Under the pieces are notes generated by a model, which was given only the letters and a program-made list of their open reading frames with translations, searched no databases and had not been told where the DNA came from. A DNA stretch of 64,000 bases from positions 30,752,001-30,816,000 of the forward strand of contig OX597836.1 in the NCBI GenBank assembly GCA_951406725.2, in the 5' to 3' direction. The translations under genes and the position numbers were made by a program. Source of the DNA: Octopus vulgaris. Its lineage: Eukaryota. Positions 23,190 to 36,107 of the stretch are shown in pieces. The first letter of the stretch is position 1. The number at the start of each line of letters is the position of its first letter.

Positions 23190-25329
23190 TCTGGATATAT
23201 CTTTGTTATTTTACTCTCCCCTACCTTTCACTGTCTCATCATATACCTTTGTCTGACTAAATGACTTCAAAACTTCAAGGTGAAATTAGATACACCGGAT
23301 ATTGTTATAAATAATAGAAAACATCTCAGGGCTTTGTTTTTGCTTTAATTTTATCTTTTTCTGTCTTTGTTTTTTTTCATTTCTTTTTTAAAAATTTTGT
23401 CCTCGCTCCATCTTTGTTTTCATTTCTCTCTCTTATATTTTTTTCATCATTGCTATGTTGCTTTTTTTTTTCTTTTTACTTATTTCATTTTATTTTTTTC
23501 CACTACTATTGTCCTCACTCAGTTATTCTTCCTTTCAAAAGTCCCATCGTGTGAAACTTGTTCAACCCTAATTCTTACCTGTATCATTTACATTTACTTA
23601 CAATAATTGCTGTCACAAACAATGATTGCCTTGTCGTCTGGCATATTCTGTCAAACTCAGAAGAAAATGACTTTCTATCCACCTTGCTATTTTCTGCCTT
23701 GTTCATTCCTTTTTTCATTTGTTGTAAAAACTGATTTGTTGTTGCCGTTGTTGTTGCTGTTGTTGTTGTCGTCATCGTCATTGTTCTTGTTCAATTTCTC
23801 TTCTCTTATGTTAAAACACCTTACATTTATTAATTTGCAATCAGTAAAACGAATCTAATATAAACAGCCTGACTAATGCATACATCATGTCAATTATGTA
23901 TGTCAGGAGGGGAGAATGTAATCAAACTGAAGACGAAAACAGTTTGCCAAAATTTCCTCAACCACCCCTACCCATCATATCAGTGGAAGATGAGGGCTTG
24001 GTTTTTCTTTGCTTTTTGTTGGGTTTTTTTTTTTGGAGGTTTTTTTTTAATAATTTTTTTTCTCCTCCTGTACTTTGTATTTTTAACCTGCATCAAAAAA
24101 TTATGTTTTCAGTGTTGTTCTTTCTTATATCCAAACAATTTTGCCATGGACTATGCAAATTATTAAATAGCTAGCCAACTTGACATTTGCATCTCTATTG
24201 CTAACAACTAATTTCACGAGAAGACACTTACAAAATATAGCAATCTTCATTGTGCAAGGAAACTCATTTTATTTTATTGTCTCATTTTGTTCATTTTAGT
24301 TTCTAAGTTTGAACACTTAAACATTTTTTTTTTTTTGCTGTCATTCTTTTCTTTCATATTTATCAAAATATGAAATCTTTTTCAGTAATTTTTATTTTAT
24401 TTTCTACTATGAACATTAAAAAGAATTTTTTAAATGAAAATGAACATGCAATTACCGTTTGAATTCCTGTTTTTGTGTTATTGCATTTTACCTTGGAAAG
24501 ACTATTTTACGACTTGACTGTTGAGTTCTCTCAAAGGAAATATTCTTTTAAAATCAACAAATGAACAGGTCATTATGATTTGAGCCAATCCTTATTCAGA
24601 GTTATTGCCCATCTAGATAAGCTGAGAAGTTATTTCTTGCTTGCATGTTCTGTTTTGGCATGGTTTCTGAGGCAGGTTGGCCTTTCTACCAACAACCCAA
24701 CTGAGAGGCACTGGGTGCATTTTAAGAAAGGACCACCTTGAGAGTTGTTCTGTCTCTTTCTCTCTCAAAAAACTAAGGAGAATCTCTTTTCCTTGAGTTG
24801 TCTCAATACATTTGTTCTTTTCTTTTTCATGCAGCTGGATGGGAAGAAAGCAAGAGAGAGGGTGGGGAGTGGTTGAAGAGTAAAAGAAAAGAAGAACCCA
24901 AAGAACTGGAGTAAGAGGGTGATGGAAGAGAGAATATTGAGGAATAGAAAAGGGAGGGACAGTCAGCTACATGATGATTGTTGGTAAGCAGGTTGAATAG
25001 AAACAGCATGAGTAGAGTGATGAAGGCAGAGAGAGAAAGAGAAAGGAGGCAATGTATGACAACAGGTGATAGAGGGGGAAGTAATTTGAGAGAGTGTTGG
25101 CTAGCAATGAAAATGGTTGATGGCCCAAGAATTGGATGTGATTGGAGTAAATAATAAGTGATGGTGGGGAATAATGGGAAAGTGAGAGAGAGATTCAGAA
25201 AAGGAGTGATGGTTAAGTAATAAAGAATGGTGGTGGTAATAGGATTTGAATGTAGACAGATGTGCTGCCATCCTTTGTTATGAAGGCATCATGATAGGAG
25301 AGTATTTATTGATAGGTTGAAAGTTGAAT

Positions 25330-26845
25330 CTGTACATTCATATTTATGTGTAATTTTTTGGAAATCTTCCAGGCAACAAGCCACTAGAGGCTCATGAATA
25401 CACATATTGCTGCACTTTCTAGTAGATTTTAGTTTGGATAGATTCAACAATCCAGCATCCGCTTTTGTATGAATACCTCCCCCAGCACTTGTGTGAGTTC
25501 ATTTGTCAATAGTACCCAGAAGTTATGCAAGTAGGGTTTGAGCAAGTATGCAACCCTGCTTTACTTCCTGGGCAACCAGAAAAAGGGCTAAGCTATTGTT
25601 CCCTTGAGAGATTGTGGCAGATGTATATGACAGACCGAAAAAACTGCTTTATTATCTAATCAAATTTGTCTGGAAACCCATATCTTTTGATCAGGTCAGT
25701 GCTAGGAAGTGTGGGGCCTAATTAGAGAATTGTCAGTGGGGCCTTCTTCTCTACAAAAGCAGAAGTTTGAGGTTTTACACTTTGTGTAGTATGCCAGTCC
25801 CAGCCAAAAAGCATTGAGGGCTTGAGGCTCCACCATTAGCCACAATGATTGACTAAAAGTTCATCATAGCATCCTCTGCTCAAGTGTGTGTATGGGGCCC
25901 TCATGGGGCCCAGTTTGACAAAATTTATCTAGTTGACTTAGAATGAGGGCTTACAGATCCTGCTTAAAAACTTATGAGCAGGGTCTGTAAGTTCTCACTT
26001 CCCATACTGTTGAAAGCCTCCATAATGTCAGTAAATATGATGAAAAGTGGGATGTTTTTCTTTTACAGCCTTTTTGTGAATTTGTTGCAAGGTGAAAATA
26101 ATACTGTTGGTGTTTCTTGACATGCAACGTCCATACCAGCTTTCTGGCAGAATTAGCTTGGATACTTTTTACGGTCTCTCCAGTAGCATTTTTGCTAGAA
26201 TTTTCGCTGCAATTAACAGAAGGGAAATTCCTCAATAATTTCCTATTTCTTTATTGCCCACAACGAGCTAAACATAGAAGGGACAAACAAGGACAGACAA
26301 AGGGATTAAGTCGATTACATCAACCCCAGTGTGTAACTGGTACTTAATTTATTGACTCCGAAAGGATGAAAGGCAGTTGACCTCAGCGGAATTTGAACTC
26401 AGAACGTAACGACAGGCAAAATACCTATTTCTTTACTACCCACAAGGGGCTAAACACTGAAGGGACAAACGGATTAAGCCGATTATATCGACCCTAGTGC
26501 GAAACTGGTACTTATTTTATCGACCCCGAAAGGATGAAAAGCAAAGTCAACCTTGGTGGAATTTGAACTCAGAACGTAATGGCAGACAAAATGTCGCTAA
26601 GCATTTCGCCCGGTGTGCTAATGATTCTGCCAGCTCGCTGCCTTAATTCCTCAATAGTTTCCACAATCCCATTTAGTCACTCTTCCACATGTAAATGGCA
26701 TCCTTGGATTCTTGGGGAATATTACCAAATTGCCTAATTCTCTAAAGAATCAGAGAAGTCTTTTCCTTTTCACCATTTATGTAGACAGTACCATTTGTTT
26801 GCAGTCCAACCATGAAAGTATGTCCTAGCTTTTTTTATGTCTTGA
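25330..26845 (-). mobile_element. Decayed RTE-clade LINE reverse-transcriptase fragment, interrupted
   Basis: Frameshifted motifs IPQESKDA, DCGNY*GISLLLIAAKILAKMLLER, LILPES, IIFTLQQI, FTDIMEAFNS and EVKQGCILAQTL. Interrupted by a SINE dimer and by unrelated sequence at ~25697-25955. Confidence 0.7.
26244..26644 (-). mobile_element. Dimeric SINE family B
   Basis: Two tandem family-B units. An 18-bp TSD, aattcctcaata(a/g)tttcc at 26226-26243 and 26645-26662, flanks the whole dimer. Confidence 0.85.
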
Positions 26846-27120
26846 CATGTTGCATGCTTATTATAAACAAAATACCTCCCCATCCACACAAATGCTGTTG
26901 TTTGTTTCAAGTCCTCTGTCAAAGCTGTTTGCTGGACTGGACAAATATTTCCTTACTTGGAAACAGATAAGGGTTGGTGACAGGAAGGGCATCCAGCTAC
27001 AGAAGCCTATATCTCAATTTAGTCTTGTCTAATTTCATACAAGCATGGAAAAATAGATATTATAGCAATGACAATAATAAATATAATATATTATGATATT
27101 ATATAGTACAATATAATATA

Positions 27121-27518
27121 TCTTTATATATAAAAGTGAAGTTGTGTGTCTGTCTCCTACGATTTAGATTCCTAACTGCTCCCACATTTTGCGGTGCAGT
27201 TTAACCAAAACCGGGTATCTTATAGTCGTGATTCATATCGAGCCCTTCTGGGTATTAGCGCGTGTCTACGATGAATCTACGATTTAAAAAAAAATTTACC
27301 ATCATTTTTTTCCATTTTAATGCATTTTTTCGCTATTATATAAGGGAAGTAACTCTCTAAAAATATCTACGATGAGTCAACGATTTAAAAAAAAATTTAC
27401 CATCATTTGTTTTCCATTTTTAATGCATTTTTTTGCTCTTTTTTGGCTATAACTCTCTAAAAATGCTTATATAGTTATTTCCCTTACAAACCCGAGCAAC
27501 GCCGGGCGATACTGCTAG
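27121..27518 (+). mobile_element. Non-autonomous Helitron
   Basis: 5' A|TC, 3' CTAG|T, subterminal hairpin cccgagcaacgccggg, no TSD. Contains an internal ~100-bp duplication. Confidence 0.8.
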
Positions 27519-28408
27519 TTATAATATAATATGATATGGTATAATATATATGTATAGTGCAGGTGTGGTTGTGTGGTTAAGAAGCTTACATTCTAACCCT
27601 ATATAGTCTTGGGTTCAGTCCCACTGCACAGCAACTTGGACAAGTGGCTTCTATTATAGCTCTGAGCCAACCCAAAGCCTTGTGAGTGGATTTAGCAAAT
27701 GGAAACTGAAAGAAGCTTGTCATATTTATGCATGTGTTTGTGTGTTGTTTTGTTTTGACATCATGAGATGGTTATAAAATGAGCATTTAGCTTGTTTCCT
27801 ATCTTATATTTGCTGTCGTCATTATCATCATCATCATTATCATTTAACATCTGTTTTTCCATGCTTGCATGGGTTGGACAGTGTGACAGGAGGTGGCAAA
27901 TCAGAAGACTGTGCCAAGCTCTACTGCCTGCTTTGGTATTGTTTCTAAGGTTGGATGCCCTTTCTAACATCAACCTCTTTACAGAGATTACTGTACGTGG
28001 CTGATGCCAGCGCCGCACCGGTGGCACGTAAAAAGCACCAACCAATCATGGCCATTGCCAGCCTCCCCTGGCACCTGTGCTGGTGGTACGTAAAAAGCAC
28101 CCACCATACTCACGGAGTGGTTGGCATTAGGTAGGGCATCCAGCTGTAGAAACACTGCCAGATCTGACTGGAGCCTGGTGCAGCCTCCTGGCTTCCCAGA
28201 CCCTGGTCGAACCGTCCAACCCATGCTAGCATGGAAAACGGACGTTAAATGATGATGATGATGATAATATATATATATATATCGGAAAACGGACGTTAAA
28301 CGATGATGATGATGATGATGATGTATATATATATATTTATATATATATATGAGAGGATACTGAAAGAAGCAGTTGGAGGCCCAATTTTCCAAGTTCTTTT
28401 ACAGTGTA

Positions 28409-28462
<54 letters not shown>

Positions 28463-30264
28463 GATAGATAGTCACTAGGAATATCACTAATCCAATTACA
28501 CGCTTAGAATGATGTCGGTTATTTTAACGTTAGTTTGGTAATAATATATTTGACCCTGCAGACACTTCATTATCAACCTGGCTACTTTTGTTTAACTGGG
28601 AACTTACACAACAAGTAGAATATTTTTTCACCAGCTGTGCATCATGCCAGACCTGTCATTGTGGCTACGATTCTGACAGTGTTACTCTCTCAGTCATGTT
28701 TGTAAAGTTACAATAACACTGTTAAATAGTTTAGTTTAGTTGAAGAGGCTTTCCTTTTGTTTTGTTTTTTGAGGTTTTTTTGTGCCAAGTTTTTATTTGC
28801 TTTTTTTTTTTTGTCTTGTCACTTTAAATTTCTTATTTCTTCATGACCAAGTTTTTTAGTTGACACTAAAATATGTAGTTTTTTTATAATTTTATTTTAG
28901 GATTTTTTTTTGTTACAGTTTCTTTTGTAGTTATGTGGTGGGGGTTTTTTTGTTGTTGTTTAGTCATAGGTAAACCCTGATCAAGAAGGCCTATGATAAA
29001 AGACATTCTATCCTTGATCATCCCATTTATTTTTTGTTTTTCTTTCTCATTGATTTATATAGGTTACTTTATTATAATCAAGTTTATAATGACACTAAAA
29101 TATGTATTTAAAAAAAAAATTATTCATTCTTGTGGTTTTTGTTGTTGTTTGGCCTCTGATGAAACAGACCAGTGATTAAATGCCTTCCAGCCTTGACAAT
29201 CCCCACCTTTCTCATAAATTGTGATGTTTCTCCAGATTTCATTCTTCATTATCCACTTATTTTCTTTAAATGGTAGAGGGATGATTTGATGGAGATATGG
29301 CTGTTTTTTCTTGCAAGTTGAATGACCTGATCGTCCCCATCATGGCTATGTCTATCTAACCTGATATATTAACCATTTAGCATTTAAATTGGCCATATCT
29401 AGCATAGATATGTTCGAAGTTGCCAGATCCAACCTCTTACACCTATTCAACAATGTCATTCTGAAAATAACAATCACATTCTGATCTTTTATTTTATGAC
29501 TGTATCAAACAGGTGTAGCAAGGCAAACTTGTCTGTGTCTAGGTGACAGGATGTCCTGTAAAATTTTGTCTGAAGGAAAGCAATGGGAGAAAAAAAAAAC
29601 CTTTTGTTATTCTCTTCTAAAAAGTTCATTGACTTGCACAAAATGCTTGTCAGGGATTGTTCATTGATTTGATGGTACAGAATAAAGAATATGAGGTAGA
29701 GACCATTACAAGAAAATGTCCTCAAAATATTTGGATCTGAGTCATAGCATATTTAACTCTTTAGTGTTTAAACTTGCCATATCCGGCTCAACTATTCCTA
29801 TGTGTTTTATGTTCAAAACAGCCAGATCTGGCCTCCCACATATACCCTATAATATCATTCTAAAAATAAGCAATTTACATCACTGAAGTCTCAAAACTCA
29901 AAGGCAAATTATGATTAATTCAAAACAATGTGAATAAATAAGCATTACATTTGATAGAGTAATCTGAATGCTTAGGGTTAAACTGGCCTTATCTAGCCAA
30001 AATACTCTTACCTGATTTGTGCTCAAAACAATCAAATCAGGCTTCCCACACCTACCCTACAATATCGTTCTAAAAATATTCAATCACATTAATGAAGTCA
30101 CAGAGCTACAAGATAATGCCTGATTAAATCAAAGGAATGTAAATAAATAAGCAGAAGGGTAATATTCCTTACCATCTGGAGTTTTGATTTGTTGACAAGG
30201 TGTTGCTGGCAACATGTTTTATTCAGATTTATACTCTACAAAAAAAAATCTATGAGATAATGCA

Positions 30265-30507
30265 TGTTGAGCCTCATTCCTTTCTAGTGTTGGGCCTCAT
30301 TCCTCTCGACTGTTGGGCCTCATTCCTTTTGAGTGCTGGGCCTCATTCCTTTTGAGTGTTGGGCCTCATTGCTTTTGAGTGTTGGGCCTCATTCCTTTCA
30401 AGTGTTGGGCCTCATTCCTTTCAAGTGTTGGGCCTCATTCCTTTCCTGTGTTGGGCCTCATTCTTTTTGAGTGTTGGGCCTCATTCCTTTTGAGTGTTGG
30501 GCCTCAT
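30265..30507. repeat. 23-bp minisatellite, ~10 copies
   Basis: Unit gtgttgggcctcattccttttga, running directly into a family-C-like element. Confidence 0.9.
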
Positions 30508-30848
30508 AGAGGCAATGACCGAAACTTTGTTGTACTTGAGAAGAAGACCCATCAAGCCGAGAAAAATTACAGTCACAGCAGATACTGGTGTCACGCAAAT
30601 GGCACCTGTGCCGGTGGCACAAAAAAGCACCCATTACACACTCAGAGTAGTTGGCATTAGGAAGGGCATCTAGCCATAGAAAACCATGCCAAATCAGACT
30701 GGTGCCTGGTGCAGCTTTTCAGCTTAGCAGCCCTGGTCAAACTGTGCAACCCATGCCAGTATGGACAACAGATGTTGAATGATGATGAGGATAATGATGA
30801 ATAAATAAGCATTACATTTAATGGAGTTATCTGAATGCTAAACGGTTT

Positions 30849-31075
30849 CACCCTTTCATTACCAACCCGGCAAAAACTGCCTCTGGCTCTGTAGTACAAA
30901 TGTCTTGTTTTCTTAGGTTTTGAATTAAAATCTTCCACCAAACCTTAGTCACAATTTATGTTACTAATACTAGCTTAATGGTAACTAAGTTATTTTACTA
31001 AATTCTTTGTTATATTTAAAGTAATTGAAAGAAACACAGAGCATCTCAAAATAGATACGGTAATGAAAGGGTTAA
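30849..31075. mobile_element. Second piggyBac-like MITE
   Basis: Termini ccctttcattacc ... ggtaatgaaaggg-TTAA. Related to 16481-16822. Confidence 0.65.
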
Positions 31076-31283
31076 CCTAGTTGAGGTGCAGATATTACCT
31101 TTTGTGGTTTAGAAGTTCTCTTTGCAGTTATTTAGGTTGGGATTCAATGTCAATGCACAGCACCTGGAACAAACTTCTACCATAACATTGGGTTGACTTG
31201 AATTTTGTGAGTAAATTTGGGTAGATGGAAACTGTGTGAAAGTCTGTTCAATAGATTAAATCTGTTCTTGGGTGATAGACTTA

Positions 31284-31794
31284 CCGTAAATCCTCGAGTA
31301 TAGTCCGCCCTTGAGTATAATACGCAGGGGATTTTTAGGGGGCTGTACCTCTGAAAAACCTAAACCTTGTGTATAATACTCACCCCATCTCTATCTTAAG
31401 TCAAGGAGGTCTATATAACGTCCTTGGTTTGTAAAAATGTATACGGTAACGTCCTTTATTATTATTGTATATATAGCATAATGCAAACGTGTAGCTTTTT
31501 TGTGCATTTTGTTTGCAGAAAATAAAGAAATAACAGTAATAACGTTTAATAAATGTTGCTTACTGCAAGTTATGGATGATTCTTTTATGACTTCATTGCT
31601 TTGAAGCTTAGCTTAAGGTTTTTTTGCATCCGACATCACAAAATGCGTCTGAATACACATAGCCAGACAGCAAATAGAGACTTGGACATTGCTTAGAAAA
31701 TATTTTTCATTTTTAACCTCATATATAGTACACACTAGGGATTTTGACCTTTAAATTTGGGGGGAAAATGTGGATTATACTTGAGGTTTTATGG
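31284..31794. mobile_element. Tc1/mariner-superfamily (Tc2-like) MITE
   Basis: TA|CCGTAAATCCTCGAGTATA ... TATACTTGAGGTTTTATGG|TA. A partial end copy lies at ~8702-8790. Confidence 0.75.
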
Positions 31795-31961
31795 TAATTT
31801 GTAGCTTGGTTTGATACCACTATAACTGGGTTTTTGGGTGCTGTTAGCAAGATCTACTGTATTGCAAGTGAAGACACACACATGGCCTTGGTTTGATTTC
31901 CAGACTGTTAAATTTCAATCAGTGATTGGTAAATCGTGTTTTTTTTTCTTTTTTTTTTCAG

Positions 31962-32013
31962 AATGTCAAAAAAACAGAAGAAAAAGAAAAAACAACAGAG
32001 ACTTCTTGCTCAG
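31962..32013 (+). CDS. DNAJC21: DNAJC21 short basic exon
   Basis: Long T tract with cag acceptor, phase 2. Encodes (K)MSKKQKKKKKQQRLLAQ, resembling the vertebrate DNAJC21 segment KLSKKQKKKKQK as recalled. Donor CAG|gtggag. Confidence 0.88.
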
Positions 32014-32175
32014 GTGGAGTATATTTATTTATTTTAGCTGTTTGTGTGTATGTGTGTGATTCCTGGTCGTGGCCCTCTTATTTTTTAGTTATTTCCCAAC
32101 TGGAGTGTAGAAGTTGCCCTCTAACTGGGAATGTGGCCTGAAAGCTAACGTTGCAAAACACTCTGTTTTAAAATA

Positions 32176-32629
32176 AGGGTTCCTGGTTCAAATCCAGTCT
32201 GATATGTTACTACTATGCTTGCATCCAAGAATAAAGACCTGGTAACAATTGGAGATTAATCCGATTGAAACACTGTAAATATTGGTGGGTGGGGGACGTT
32301 TCTTTGCTAAGTCTGAGGAATTGCAATCTCATGGTTAGTATTTAGTGTAATAATCCTTTCTTATTTTGGCACAAGGCCTGCAATTTTGAGGGATGGTTCC
32401 TGGTTTTTGAGGGTTCCTGGTTCAAATCCAGTCTGATATGTTACTACCATGCTTGCATCCAGGAATAAAGACCTGGTAACAATTGGAGATTAATCCGATT
32501 GAAACACTGTAAATATTGGGGGGGGGGGCGTTTCTTTGCTAAGTCTGAGGAATTGCAATCTCATGTTTAGTATTTAGTGTAATAATCCTTTCTTATTTTG
32601 GCACAAGGCCTGCAATTTTGAGGGATGGG
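32176..32629. repeat. Recent 234-bp tandem duplication
   Basis: agggttcctggttcaaatcc...ttttgagggatgg is repeated at 32176 and 32410 with few differences. Confidence 0.9.
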
Positions 32630-32799
32630 GAAGTTGATTACATCAACCCCAGTACTTGACTGTTACTTGTTTTATTGACTCTGAAAAGATGAAAGGCAAA
32701 GTCCACCTCGGCAGTATTTGAACTTAGAACATAAAGATGGATGAAATGCCGCTGAGCATTTTGTCCAACATGCTAATGATTCTGCTGTCTCGCCGTTTT

Positions 32800-33191
32800 T
32801 TTATTCTTTTACTTGTTTCAGTCATTTGACTGCAGCCATGCTGGAGCACCGCCTTTTGTCGAGCAAATCGACCCCAGGACTTATTCTTTGTAAGCCTAGT
32901 ACTTATTCTATCTGTCTCTCTTGCTGAACCGCTAAGTTACGGGGACGTAAACACACCAGCATTGGTTGTCAAGTGATGTTGGGGCACAAATTCAGACACA
33001 CAAACATATACATATATATATATATCGACGGGCTTCTTTCAGTTTCCATCTACCAAATCCACTCACAAGGATTTGATCGGCCCTGAGGCTATAGTAGAAG
33101 ACACTTGCCCAAGGTGGCACGCAGTTGGACTGAACCCGGAACCATGTGGTTCGTAAGCAAGCTACTTACCACACAGCCACTTCTGCGCCTA
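32800..33191 (-). mobile_element. SINE family A
   Basis: Full-length reverse copy between family-B' copies (~32590-32795 and ~33212-33415). Confidence 0.82.
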
Positions 33192-33465
33192 AGCATTTAT
33201 TGTAATAACAGTTTCAAATTTTGGCACAGGGCCAGTTAATTTCAGGGTTGTTGGGGTAAGTTGATTACATTGACTCAGTGCTCAACTGATACTTATTTTA
33301 TCGACCCTGAAAGAATGAAAAGTAATGTCGACCTTGGCAAATATTGAACTCAGAATGTAAAGAAGAACAAAATGCTACAAAGCATTTTATGTGGAGTGCT
33401 GAAGGTTCTACTGCCATAATATTTATCGCAATAATATCTGATCTTTTTCTCATCTTTTGTTACAG

Positions 33466-33614
33466 AAAAATGATGATAACAGTGATAGTGGTGATAAGAA
33501 GAAGGAACAGAAAAAGGTTGAAGAAGCTTCCAAATTGGCACAAGATTTTGAAGGAAAAGTTAGAGTTAATGAAAAAGATGTAATTATCAACAATCATCCA
33601 GAGGAACAGAAAAA
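33466..33614 (+). CDS. DNAJC21: DNAJC21 charged low-complexity exon
   Basis: ttttgttacag acceptor, phase 0. Open frame KNDDNSDSGDKKKEQKKVEEASKLAQDFEGKVRVNEKDVIINNHPEEQK. Donor AA|gtaaga (phase 2). Confidence 0.82.
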
Positions 33615-33745
33615 GTAAGAAGATACTTATTTTTTTAGACCTGGTATTTATTCTGTTAGTCTCTTTTACTGAACTGCTAAGTTATGGGAACATAAGCACA
33701 CCAGTACCAGTTGTCAAGCAGTGGTGGGCCGCAAATACAGACACA

Positions 33746-33777
<32 letters not shown>

Positions 33778-34867
33778 ATACATTAAAGGTCAGTTTGAAT
33801 CTTGCTTGCTTGCAATGTTACTCAGTCAAACAGAGCATAATGGGAAAATACTATAAATTAAGTTTACCCTGAAATTTAATACGAACAGAATGAATCAAGT
33901 TTCGCATAAATCTGTAAACTGGTTTTCAAGATATTGGAGATTTCAGGGTATAAATATCCAAAACAGTGCACAATGGGAAAATGTTCCAAAAATAATTTTT
34001 ATCCTGAAAGGAAAGAAACTCTTATCTTTCTATTAGACTTGACAACGAAAACATACGATTTGTTGGGGTTTTTTACAGTAAATGTTTCTATTTTCGCTTT
34101 TGTTAAACACAATATTTTAATCATTTAGAAATATTTTTAAGTGAATGTGATTTCAAAAATATAAGCTGTTTGTACTGTAAGTATTTATATTTTAGCTTTC
34201 CTTAAACAGACAATATTTTAATGTTTTTTTATTATTATTTTCAAGTGAATACCATTATAAACATTTTTTGGCATATTAAAAAAATATTTTAAAGTGAAAA
34301 TGACTTTAAAAGATATGGTAAATATTTCAAAAAAGACCCATTCATAACCTCAGTTTTTTTTTGAGTGCATTCAATGTCTCTCACCTCCAAAGATTTGGCT
34401 GCTATTTCTAGCACGCCCTGCTACCATGTAACAGCTATTTGCTATAAAGAACCCAAAATACCTGTTAGGTGGTATCAGGGCATGCAAGAAATAGCAGCTA
34501 AATCTTTCCTTTTCCGGGGAAAGGAGCCATTTACACGTGATTTCAAAGTCACATTCATTGAAAGCATGCAAAATAACCTGGAAAAAAATAACCCACGAAA
34601 CAAAATTCCGTTGCTGGGAAACTCAGAGTTTCCCAACGGATCACAGGTAGTCTAGTGTGTATGTATATATATATAGATATATATACACAAATGGGATGGC
34701 TTCTTTCATTGTCTACCCACCAAATTAACTTGCAAGGCTTTGGTTGTCCCAAAGCTTCAGTAGAAGACACTTGCCCATTGCCTCACGGTGGGACTGAAAC
34801 TGAAGCCATAGGTTGGGAAGCAAACTTCGTAACACATAGTCACACCCACACATATATATGTATATAA

Positions 34868-34920
<53 letters not shown>

Positions 34921-34986
34921 GGTCCCGGGTTGATTCGGGGTCAACCACAGTAAATAAGGTACTCAATACATAGCAGAGTAAAATTA

Positions 34987-35102
34987 ATTTATTATATAGA
35001 AGGAGCTTCTACAGGACTAGAACTGTTTCATTCAAGAGAAATCTTCAGGAAGATTTCTCTTGAATGAAACAGTTCTAGTCCTGTAGAAGCTCCTTCTATA
35101 TA

Positions 35103-35108
<6 letters not shown>
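34987..35108. repeat. 122-bp palindrome in a (TA)n-embedded repeat
   Basis: Perfect arms about cttc-ag-gaag. Contains CTGAAGA...GAAAC...GTC on the minus strand (35048-35015). Confidence 0.88.
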
Positions 35109-35159
<51 letters not shown>

Positions 35160-35162
<3 letters not shown>

Positions 35163-35393
35163 GGTGGCCCAAAAGAAGGTTTACAGTTATTCAACTATCT
35201 CTTTCATATTCATATATTAACAGCTTAGATTTTAATTATAAAAAATATGAAACCCTTATTCTATGCTAATTTAGTTAATTCTGTCAAGCTCCCTTTTCTG
35301 TGTGTAAGATAGAAATTTGAATGTAATAAAATATTTTAAAACAAATTTAAAGTGCCTATGTGATAACTGTAAACCTACTTTTGGGCTACCCCG
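35160..35393. mobile_element. Tc1/mariner-like MITE
   Basis: TA|CAGGGTGGCCCAAAAGAAGGTTTACAGTTAT ... ATAACTGTAAACCTACTTTTGGGCTACCCCG|TA. Confidence 0.8.
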
Positions 35394-35716
35394 TATATCC
35401 ACACACACACACACACACATATATGTATATACATGTATATTTATATATGTATATATATGTCTCTGTGTGTGTGCTACCCTTGCCATACCATGACATGTTA
35501 CTTGTAAGTGAGCATCACCTTCATACAAGTGATGTTGTTCATTTCCAGTCTTCCGTGTAAAACATGTCAGACCTATGGGAAATATTTCCGTACCTGGAAA
35601 CAGGTGAAGGTTTGTGACTGGAAAGCCATCCAACCATAGAAAAGTCTGCCTGAACAAATTCCATCCAATCCATGCTAGCATGGAAAAGTGGAGATTAAAT
35701 GATGGTTATATACACA

Positions 35717-36107
35717 TATAGGCATAGGAGTGGCTGTGTGGTAAGTAGCTTGCTTACCAACCACATGGTTCTGGGTTCAGTCCCACTGCGTGACACATTG
35801 AGCAAGTGTTTTCTACTATAGCCTCGGGCTGACCAAAGCCTTGTGAGTGGATTTGGTAGACGGAAACTGAAAGAAGCCTGTCGTATATATGTATAAATAT
35901 ATATATATGTGTCTGTGTTTGTCCCCCCAACATCACTTGACAACCGATGCTGGTGTGTTTACATCCCCGTAACTTAGCGGTTCAGCAAAAGAGACCAATA
36001 GAATAAGCACTGGGCTTACAAAGAATAAATCCTGGGGTCAATGTGCTCGACTAAAGGCGGTGCTCCAGCATGACCATAGTCAAATGACTGAAACAAGTAA
36101 AAGAGTA
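35717..36107 (+). mobile_element. SINE family A
   Basis: Full-length copy with A/B boxes and tail. Confidence 0.85.

Noticed and set aside
19801-23260. Plus-strand ORFs rich in V, L and C overlapping the nested gene
   Set aside because: They are antisense translations of CAA/AAC-rich codons and have no independent evidence.
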